A program made the position numbers and the translations under genes. Below the pieces are notes generated by a model that was given only the letters and a program-made list of their open reading frames with translations, ran no database searches and was not told the origin of the DNA. Positions 17,301 to 26,141 of a stretch of DNA of 59,207 nt are shown here, in pieces (position 1 is the stretch's first letter; each line of letters opens with the position of its first letter). Origin of the DNA: Bacteroidales bacterium Bact_13 (GTDB taxonomy: Bacteria > Bacteroidota > Bacteroidia > Bacteroidales > UBA932); contig LUZE01000164.1 of the NCBI GenBank assembly GCA_001602845.1, positions 1 through 59,207 on the forward strand, written 5' to 3'.

Positions 17301-18953
17301 TTATAGCCGTAAAGTGTCGTCGCAGAGGGTGGCGACGCCTGGACGATGGGTAATGAAGATCATCGTCCGGTCGGGGCAGGCGGCAAACAGCCGCGTAAAG
17401 AGTTCCCGTTCCGTGGCTTCGTCAAGCGAAGCACTGATTTCATCAAGCAGCAGAATGCTGCCGGGGCGCAACAATCCGCGCGCAATGGCGATGCGCTGGG
17501 CCTGGCCTTCGCTCAGGCCGATGCCACGTTCCCCAAGCTCCGTATCCAAACCGTCAGGCAGGTCGAAAACGAAATCGGCCGTAGCCGTATGAAGAACCGT
17601 GCGCATCTCCTCTTCAGTAGCGTTCGGCCGCGCCAGCTGGAGATTGAAACGCACCGTACCGCTCATCAACGTGTTGCCTTGCGGCACGAAGACGAAATCG
17701 GTACGGGTGGCGGGAGAGGCGGGTCGCCTGTCTTTTTCGTCGTAAAGGGTCAACGAACCCTCGTCAGGGTTGACCAGAGAAAGCATCAGGCGGAACAGCG
17801 TTGTCTTTCCGACACCTGTCGGCCCCATCAACGCCGTCTTGCTGCCCGGCATGAAGTCGTGGGAGAAATGCGAAAGCACTGGCATGTCGCCCGTCGCGTA
17901 GCGGAAACTGACATCTTCCGCCCGGATACCGGCAACGCCCGGGAATGCAGGAACCATCGGGTCTCCCGCCGTCGATTCCTGCTCGAGCTGCAACAATTCC
18001 TCGAGACGGTCGATGCTGGCCGTCGCGTGGATTGCCTGCGGCACCATGTTCAACAGCGTCAGAATCGGATTCTGGATCTGCCCCACCAGCTGAAGGAAAG
18101 AAGTCATGACGCCGAAAGTGATGGCGCCGGCACGCAGTTGCAGGCCACCCCAGACAAACGCCAACAAATAGCCGAGACCGAAACACGATGCCAGCACCAG
18201 GCGCGTGGCGACCGTAAAGCGCGTGCGCCGCTTCACACGGCTCATCAGGCTGTCCTGCATGTGATCGAGCCGGTCCGTCACCCACTGTTCGCTGCCGAGC
18301 GAACGGATCGTGGCGTTGTGCTCCATGCCCTCCTGCACCTGCATCTGGATCCGGCTCTCGTCCTTGCGGATATCGAGCGTCATCTCGCGCAGGGGCCGGG
18401 CGATGAGCTTGCCGAAAACGATGGCAAGCGGGGTAAGCAGCAGCAACGCCCAGGCCAAGGTACGGTCCATCGAGTGCATGAGCAGGAAAGCACCCACCAG
18501 CTGGACAAGGGTCACCAGCATACGGGGCAACAGCTCCGTTGTGGCATCTCCCACCGCATCAATATCTTTGGAGAGGCGGGAAGTAATGTCTCCCGAGTGG
18601 ATCTCGCGCTCAGAATAGAGCTGTCGCGAAAACAACCGGCTGAAGACGCGGAGGCGGAGGGAATTGGTCTGCTTCGTGTCGGCGATGATCGTCATGTAGT
18701 AATAGAGCTGCCGCAAAATGACACCGCCCAGCACGACAGCGACTAATGCGACGATCATGAGGATGACATCCTGCCGGGTCCCCGTCCGGATGGTCACGTC
18801 GATGAAACGGCGGCTGAGCCATACCATCAACAGCCCGAGTCCGACCTGGGTGATACCGGCCACAACCCGGATGAGGGTATTCCAGCGAATACCCCGCATC
18901 CCTTCCCATATCCAGCGGACGTACTTCACGCGATGATGCCGAGTTTCTGCCAC
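17301..18953 (-). CDS. ABC exporter, fused permease/ATPase
   Basis: 550 aa. N-terminal six-helix TMD, Walker A GPTGVGKTT, signature LSEGQAQR and Walker B ILLLDE. The start is uncertain: ATG 18953 overlaps the PqqD gene by 28 nt, and the alternative is ATG 18899. Confidence 0.85.
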   Translation of the reverse strand: MAETRHHRVKYVRWIWEGMRGIRWNTLIRVVAGITQVGLGLLMVWLSRRFIDVTIRTGTRQDVILMIVALVAVVLGGVILRQLYYYMTIIADTKQTNSLRLRVFSRLFSRQLYSEREIHSGDITSRLSKDIDAVGDATTELLPRMLVTLVQLVGAFLLMHSMDRTLAWALLLLTPLAIVFGKLIARPLREMTLDIRKDESRIQMQVQEGMEHNATIRSLGSEQWVTDRLDHMQDSLMSRVKRRTRFTVATRLVLASCFGLGYLLAFVWGGLQLRAGAITFGVMTSFLQLVGQIQNPILTLLNMVPQAIHATASIDRLEELLQLEQESTAGDPMVPAFPGVAGIRAEDVSFRYATGDMPVLSHFSHDFMPGSKTALMGPTGVGKTTLFRLMLSLVNPDEGSLTLYDEKDRRPASPATRTDFVFVPQGNTLMSGTVRFNLQLARPNATEEEMRTVLHTATADFVFDLPDGLDTELGERGIGLSEGQAQRIAIARGLLRPGSILLLDEISASLDEATERELFTRLFAACPDRTMIFITHRPGVATLCDDTLRL

Positions 18954-19195
18954 AGGTCAAGCAGCGCCTTCACATCGGAAAGGGCCACCTCGGGGGTTAC
19001 TTCATAGGCTTCACACAGGGCCTCCGCCATCGATTCGGCGTCGAACTCGCCCATTTCTCCGGCCTTGTCCCAGATCCAGGCCGCCGTGTCGTTGATCGAC
19101 ACCAGCTTGCCGAAATCGACAGCGCCCAGGCCTTCGCCTACAATCACCTTTTCGCCGCACACTTCGCGCAGCACAAATCCTTCTTTCCTTTTCAT
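18926..19195 (-). CDS. PqqD-family protein (RiPP recognition element-like)
   Basis: Likely start ATG 19195 (MKRKEGFVLREVCGEKVIV...NDTAAWIWD...AEALCEAYEV..EVALSDVKALLDLWQKLGII). The length (89 aa) and pattern fit a PqqD winged helix. ATGA overlap with the upstream stop (19192-19195). Confidence 0.75.
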   Translation of the reverse strand: MKRKEGFVLREVCGEKVIVGEGLGAVDFGKLVSINDTAAWIWDKAGEMGEFDAESMAEALCEAYEVTPEVALSDVKALLDLWQKLGIIA

Positions 19196-19650
19196 TGTAT
19201 CGCTTTGTTTCGAATAATCGTTCTTTTGTAAACCGCCAGAATCCACCGCCGTACCGGCAGGAGCCGGCGCCACCAGCGCGCCCGGCGCCGCTGTGCAGGT
19301 GAATCGAGCCGGCGGTGACGGCCGTCTTCCCCGACGACCTCATCTGCCCGGGCCAGCACGTCTTCCGGACGGCAGGTTTCCTGCCCGCGGATGTTGCCGT
19401 CTCCCATCAGCACGACACGCGTATCGGACACCTCCATCACGCGATGCAGCACATATCGGCAGCCATCGATTCGGGCCAGCACCACATCTCCTTCCCGAAT
19501 CTCGCCGGGCCGGGTCAGCACGACACTTTCCAGACCGCCCAGGATGAAAGGCAGCATGCTGCGCCCCTTCACGAGCATCGTCACGGAAAGCCCCTCGTTC
19601 ACCAGCCGTACGGCATCGCCGATAATCTGTTCGTCAGATACCTTGTTCAT
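19192..19650 (-). CDS. S24/S26-family serine peptidase (signal-peptidase-like)
   Basis: Likely start ATG 19650 (MNKVSDEQ). Nucleophile box KGRSMLPFI, a later VLHRV box, and an Arg/Trp-rich C-terminal tail RRRARWWRRLLPVRRWILAVY. ATGA overlap with the upstream stop (19647-19650). Confidence 0.7.
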   Translation of the reverse strand: MNKVSDEQIIGDAVRLVNEGLSVTMLVKGRSMLPFILGGLESVVLTRPGEIREGDVVLARIDGCRYVLHRVMEVSDTRVVLMGDGNIRGQETCRPEDVLARADEVVGEDGRHRRLDSPAQRRRARWWRRLLPVRRWILAVYKRTIIRNKAIQ

Positions 19651-20525
19651 GCTTTCCTGATCGTTTCCGCACACAGGCGGGCAGCCGCTTCGTCGGGCAG
19701 GCAATCCAGGTGCCAGACCGGCACCGTGGATGCCAGTGCATTTTCCGTTTCGTGCAGTCCGTCAGCCATGGCCCTGTCCCAACGCTTGCCCGAAATGCTC
19801 GGGACAAGCGCCGCATATGCGGCGATACCCCGCAGCGGCCGGATGGCATTGTACGGAGCCTGTGCCAGTTGTACGAATCCGCCCAACGGCAGGTCCATGT
19901 TCCGGTAACAGGGCGTCTTCCCGCTCCACGGAGAGCCGTACACGCGCGCCGAACCGTCGGGAAGGACGCGGACCACGGGATTGTCGTCGTTCACGAGTTC
20001 GGACCCCGCTATATATTTTAGCCAGAGACGGGCGTGAGTGCTCTTGCCGGTGCCGCTCTTGCCGAGGAACAGGTAGCCGTTCCCGGCATTGCCGATTACG
20101 GCGGCGTGGAAGAGGGCCGTACCCAGCCGGGCCGTGCTCATCGCGTACATCACCATCAGCGCATTGTTCAGGCCGAAGTCGGAATGAGAAGACAGTGACA
20201 GCGTCGCGGTTTTGAAATCGGCGGCCGCCAGCATGCTGGACGACAACTGTCCCCACAGGGAGAACTCGAACCAGGATGCACCGTCCACTGTCCGGCTCAA
20301 GCGGATCTGCGATCCGTCGTCATCCTGGTTGAATTCCTCCGTGAGTCCTTCCGGACGCGGAAGACAGGAAGCCGGAACCACTTGAAGGGTAAAGACGGGA
20401 CACGCTGCAGCCGTGCCTTCCGTCATGAACGGAGCATAATGCGACAGCTCCGCATCCAGGTCGATGCCTTCGGCAGCCTCTATGGCAAACAGATGTCCTG
20501 CAACGGTATAATAATACACTTTCAT
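19647..20525 (-). CDS. HPr-kinase-like P-loop protein (HprK-related kinase)
   Basis: 292 aa. The C-terminal half has GYLFLGKSGTGKSTHARLWL...SELVNDDNPVVRV, matching the HprK pattern G.SG.GKS...LV.DD.V. The N-terminal half has no motif I recognise. Confidence 0.7.
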   Translation of the reverse strand: MKVYYYTVAGHLFAIEAAEGIDLDAELSHYAPFMTEGTAAACPVFTLQVVPASCLPRPEGLTEEFNQDDDGSQIRLSRTVDGASWFEFSLWGQLSSSMLAAADFKTATLSLSSHSDFGLNNALMVMYAMSTARLGTALFHAAVIGNAGNGYLFLGKSGTGKSTHARLWLKYIAGSELVNDDNPVVRVLPDGSARVYGSPWSGKTPCYRNMDLPLGGFVQLAQAPYNAIRPLRGIAAYAALVPSISGKRWDRAMADGLHETENALASTVPVWHLDCLPDEAAARLCAETIRKA

Positions 20526-20540
20526 ATTCTATGAAGAATA

Positions 20541-20548
20541 CAAAGTTA
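20541..20548 (-). promoter_or_regulatory. Bacteroidota -7 promoter box TAACTTTG
   Basis: Perfect TAnnTTTG on the minus strand, 15 nt upstream of ATG 20525. Confidence 0.45.
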
Positions 20549-20600
20549 TCATTAAACAATGAATTATCAAAAGACTTGCTGATTCTGTGTCATCCGGCGG

Positions 20601-20637
20601 GCGCCCTCCTCAAATGGGGCACCAGATGAGGAGGGCG
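20601..20637. terminator. 12-bp GC-rich hairpin, possible terminator of the fumarase gene
   Basis: GCGCCCTCCTCA - 13 nt - TGAGGAGGGCGC. It has no clear U-tract, so the assignment is tentative. Confidence 0.4.
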
Positions 20638-20645
20638 CTTCGTTT

Positions 20646-20704
20646 CAGATGCCCGGTCAAGCCGGGCATGACAATGGGGCCGGGCATGACAGAATGGGCG
20701 CGCC
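20646..20704. repeat. REP-like composite (full palindromic unit, half-unit and GGCGCGCC)
   Basis: CAGATGCCCGGTCAAGCCGGGCATGAC (20646-20672), then GGGGCCGGGCATGAC, then GGCGCGCC (20697-20704). This has the same architecture as the reverse complement of 14388-14456. Confidence 0.8.
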
Positions 20705-20716
20705 GGTCGGGGAGGG

Positions 20717-22333
<1,617 letters not shown>

Positions 22334-22343
22334 AATTATAATG

Positions 22344-23421
22344 TTATAAATCGTTTCGCATGAGATATTCTTTCATGAAGGCGCCCAGGTCGCCGTCGAG
22401 GACGGCCTGCGTGTCGGAGGTCTCGTAGCCCGTGCGCAGGTCCTTGACCATCTTGTAGGGATGGAGCACGTAGGAGCGGATTTGCGAACCCCATTCGATG
22501 CGCTTCTTCTGCCCTTCGAGTTCGGCCTGCTTTTCCTGCCGTTTCTTCAGTTCCAGGTCGTAGAGATGGGACTTGAGGATGCGCAGAGCGTTCTGGCGGT
22601 TGTCGAGCTGCGAGCGGGTTTCGGTGTTTTCGACCGTGATGCCGGTGGGAATGTGCCGCACGCGCACGCCGGTCTCCACCTTGTTGACATTCTGGCCGCC
22701 CGCGCCGGAGGAGCGGAACGTGTCCCATTCCAGGTCGGACGGGTTGATCTCGATCTGGATGGTGTCGTCGACGAGAGGGTAGACGAAGACCGAGGAGAAG
22801 GTAGTCTGGCGTTTGCCCTGGGCATTGTAGGGAGAGATGCGGACCAGCCGGTGTACGCCGTTCTCGGCTTTCAGGTAGCCGTAGGCGTAGTCGCCTTCAA
22901 ACTGGATGGTACACGACTTGATGCCGGCCTCGTCACCTTCGACGAGTTCGGTGACGGTCATCTTGTAGCCGTTGCGCTCGCCCCATCGGGTGTACATGCG
23001 CATCAGCATCGAGGACCAGTCGTTCGCTTCCGTTCCGCCGGCACCCGAGTTGATGGTCAGCACGGCACCCAGGTTGTCGCCTTCGGCGCCCAGCATGTTG
23101 CGGGTCTCCATCGCTTCGAGCTTGTCGACCAGCGCCTTGTAGGCGGCGTCGATGTCGTCGGAAGCGTCCTCGCCGAAGTCCATCAGGGTCTCCAGGTCGG
23201 AATAGCCCGCTTCGAGCGCATCGTAGCCGTCCACCCAGTATTTGACGGGAGTGACGGTCTTGAGGAAGGCCTCGGCGGCCTTCGGGTCGTCCCAAAAGTC
23301 AGGAGCTGTGGTCTTGGATTGTTTTTCGGCCAGGTCTATGCGTTTCCCGGGGATGTCAAAGAAACCTCCCCAACGTCTCTATCCGCTGTTTAACCGTTTT
23401 AATCTCTTCTGAGGTGATCAT
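22344..23421 (-). CDS. prfB: peptide chain release factor 2, requires programmed +1 frameshift
   Basis: Frame 0 runs from ATG 23421: [21 protein letters not shown], then in-frame TGA (23356-23358). The +1 frame continues [25 protein letters not shown]...[13 protein letters not shown], joining the track ORF 22344..23234. GGQ motif [10 protein letters not shown]. Confidence 0.9.
23355..23371 (-). promoter_or_regulatory. prfB +1 recoding signal
   Basis: The minus strand reads GGGGAGG TTT CTT TGA C. This is an SD-like element (23365-23371) three nt upstream of the CTT-TGA-C slippery/stop site (23355-23361), the canonical RF2 autoregulatory frameshift. Confidence 0.85.
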
Positions 23422-23866
23422 ATATCCGTTTTATTTCTTCATAACCATAGCCGCGTCCCAGCGCATACCGGAAGAACCGGGCCTGCCGGCGGGCTGGATC
23501 GGCTTCGCCGCGGAGCGACTCCCACTTGGCCCGGAGTACCTGCTCGCACTTCCGCGCGGCAGAAGCCGGGTCGATCTCTTCCAGCGCCGCGTCGATGGCC
23601 TGTGCGTCGATGGCTTTTCTCTGCAAAGCTAACTTAATTTTGAGACTTCCCCAACCCTGGAGGGAACTTTTGTCCCGGGCGAACGCGCGGGCGTAGCGGG
23701 CGTCATCCACGAACCCTTCCCGGCAGAGTGTCTCCAGCACCGCTTCCGCTTCTGCTTCAGGCAGGACGGCGAGCTTGCGCCGGATGTCGCTCCGGCAACA
23801 CTCCCGCGTGGCGCAAAGCCGCATCATGCGGGCCAGCATCCTGTCCTTGTCGGGAGCGGCCTCCAT
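23399..23866 (-). CDS. recX: recombination regulator RecX
   Basis: Likely start ATG 23866 (MEAAPDKDRMLARMMRLCATRECCRSDIRRKL), right after the patatin stop at 23869. Three-repeat helical RecX pattern. Its stop overlaps the prfB start by 23 nt. Confidence 0.8.
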   Translation of the reverse strand: MEAAPDKDRMLARMMRLCATRECCRSDIRRKLAVLPEAEAEAVLETLCREGFVDDARYARAFARDKSSLQGWGSLKIKLALQRKAIDAQAIDAALEEIDPASAARKCEQVLRAKWESLRGEADPARRQARFFRYALGRGYGYEEIKRIYDHLRRD

Positions 23867-23868
23867 CG

Positions 23869-26130
23869 TCAGAACGCGTAACCGATCGAAACGTAGGCGC
23901 TGAGCCCGCCCGTATAGTTCGACCATTGCAGGTTGGCCGACAGCGGCCCGATGACCGAGTTGTAGGAATAGCCGAGCCGGGCGCCGATGACGGGCTTGTC
24001 CTTGAAGAATTCCGAAACCTTGTCGAAATCCTGGGCATAGCCGACGGAGGCGAACACATAATGGTTGTCGAGGATCCTGTACCGGGAATCCAGCGTGGCA
24101 ATGGTGAGGACGTTCTGGAAAACATGCGTGTAGTTGAATCCGAAGAACGGGATCTGGTGGTCCAGATAGCGTCCGGCCAGGAGTCCGCCCATATAGTTGC
24201 CGTAGATCAGGGGCACCTTTTTCCCGAGGATGGTGCGGTTGTCGATTCCAAGGAGGAAGGCCAGCCGGTTGCCGGCGGGGATGACGGTGCCGAAGTGGAA
24301 ATTCGCGACGCTGAAATTGTTGTAGTCCCCGAACGGCGAGTTGAAGTAGAAGCGGAATCCTCCGGAGACGTCGTATCCCCGGGTGGGGAAGTACTTCTCG
24401 TCGCGATGGTCCACTTCCGCGTTGATGAAGGCGCTCAAGAACTTGTTCCGTTTCAGGTCGGTGTCGTAGCTGGAAATGTCCTCGGCCTCGGTGAGCAGGC
24501 GGCGGTAGTCGAAGATGTCGAACCGCGCTCCCATATGGATGTCGATGTTGCGCAGCTTGCTCGTGGAGAAGGCGGCCGTTACGGAGTGGTTGCCGAAGCC
24601 CATGTTGCTCACCATGCCCCGGTTGAGGATGTTGAGGTTCGAGGAGCGGTACGCATAGGAGGTATAGAACTGTGCCAGTGACTTGAAGGCGTAGCTGTAC
24701 TTGAACTCGGCCTGCATGTTGTAGGCCAGTTTGGCCTTGAGCGAGAACTTCGAGCCGTAGAGCGTGTTGTCGTTGATGTGGATGCCGAGCAGGATGGCGG
24801 CTACTTCCTCGCTGTCGAAGCGGACGCCCAGTCCCAGGTCGGAGGGCCTGCCGGCGACGAAATTGAGCTCCAGGTCATAGGGGTCGGTCTGTCCGCGCAG
24901 CAGGTAGGTCACCGACTGGAAGGCGGCTGTATTGTAGAACCGGGTCACCTCGTCTTCCAGCTGCTGGCCGCTGATCCGGGCACCCGGCTTGAGGATGCTC
25001 TTGCTCAGCAGCAGGTTGTAGTCCTTGGTGTTGAGGCCATTGAAGGTGACGGCGCCCAGGGTGATGGAATCCCGGTCGAGCCGCACGGCTTTCCGATAGC
25101 GCTCGGGTTGCTTCATCGGACCGATGAACTGCTCCTGCGAACGGTCCAGAAAGTCCTTCATTTTCAGCAGGTCCTCCTGCTTGTCGCGTGCGGCCTTCTC
25201 GCCGTTGTCGATGAGGTTGCGCAGACTTTCCGTATCGAAGCTGAGGGTGTTGTAGCCCTTGGTGCTCGGGGTGATGATGATATCGGTATCGGCGATGGAT
25301 CCGGCCAGCTTGGTGTCCATGTAGAGGTCCATGACCTCGAGGGCCAGGTCTCCGATGTTCTCGATGACGGGCTCCTTCGTGTCGAGTTCGCCGAGCTTCA
25401 CGCCGATGATGATGTCAGCGCCCATCGCCCGGGCGACGTTGACCGGGTAGTTGTTGAGCGCGCCGCCGTCAATGAGCACCATGTCGTTGATCCGGACCGG
25501 GGAAAAGTATCCCGGGATGGCCATCGAAGAGCGGATGGCGTCGACGAAGTTGCCGCTGTGGAACACCACTTCCTTCTTGCCGATTACGTCGACGGCCACG
25601 CAGGCGAAGGGAATCGGCATCCGGTTGAAGTCGAGGGAGTCCTGATAGCCGACGGACAATTTTGTGAACAGGTTGTAGATGTTCTGCCCGTCGACCATCG
25701 CCAGCGGGATGTTGCTCAGGAACGATCCGCTTTCCGGCCTTTGCTGTATTCCGGCGCCGAGACGGCTGTAGTCGCCGGCGCCGAAGGGGATGCGGAGGAT
25801 GTATTCGTCCTGCTGGCGCTTGCGCTGGAACGAACGGCTTCCGCGCGGGATGCGGTCGCTCATCACGAAGTTCCAGTCCTGTGCCATGATCAGGGAGTCC
25901 AGCTCTGCGGCCGAATAGCCGATGGCATAGAGGCCGCCCACGATGGCGCCCATACTGGTTCCGGCGATGTAGTCGATGGGAATGTTATTCTCTTCCAGAA
26001 CTTTCAGGACGCCGACATGCGCAGCGCCCTTGGCGCCGCCGCCGCACAGCACCACGCCCACCTTGGGCCGCTGGGCGAAGGCCGGGGAAAGCAGGAAGAA
26101 CAGGAGGGCCAGGGAAAGGATCCGTTTCAT
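23869..26130 (-). CDS. patatin-like phospholipase fused to an Omp85/BamA-type beta-barrel (type Vd-like)
   Basis: 753 aa. Signal peptide, oxyanion GGGAKG, nucleophile GTSMG, catalytic IDGGALNN, a long beta-rich C-terminal half, and a terminal ...SIGYAF. Confidence 0.85.
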   Translation of the reverse strand: MKRILSLALLFFLLSPAFAQRPKVGVVLCGGGAKGAAHVGVLKVLEENNIPIDYIAGTSMGAIVGGLYAIGYSAAELDSLIMAQDWNFVMSDRIPRGSRSFQRKRQQDEYILRIPFGAGDYSRLGAGIQQRPESGSFLSNIPLAMVDGQNIYNLFTKLSVGYQDSLDFNRMPIPFACVAVDVIGKKEVVFHSGNFVDAIRSSMAIPGYFSPVRINDMVLIDGGALNNYPVNVARAMGADIIIGVKLGELDTKEPVIENIGDLALEVMDLYMDTKLAGSIADTDIIITPSTKGYNTLSFDTESLRNLIDNGEKAARDKQEDLLKMKDFLDRSQEQFIGPMKQPERYRKAVRLDRDSITLGAVTFNGLNTKDYNLLLSKSILKPGARISGQQLEDEVTRFYNTAAFQSVTYLLRGQTDPYDLELNFVAGRPSDLGLGVRFDSEEVAAILLGIHINDNTLYGSKFSLKAKLAYNMQAEFKYSYAFKSLAQFYTSYAYRSSNLNILNRGMVSNMGFGNHSVTAAFSTSKLRNIDIHMGARFDIFDYRRLLTEAEDISSYDTDLKRNKFLSAFINAEVDHRDEKYFPTRGYDVSGGFRFYFNSPFGDYNNFSVANFHFGTVIPAGNRLAFLLGIDNRTILGKKVPLIYGNYMGGLLAGRYLDHQIPFFGFNYTHVFQNVLTIATLDSRYRILDNHYVFASVGYAQDFDKVSEFFKDKPVIGARLGYSYNSVIGPLSANLQWSNYTGGLSAYVSIGYAF

Positions 26131-26141
26131 GGCAGGGAAAT

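Noticed and set aside
17346-18746. 466-aa plus-strand ORF
   Set aside because: Antisense to the ABC exporter, whose Walker and signature motifs are unambiguous.
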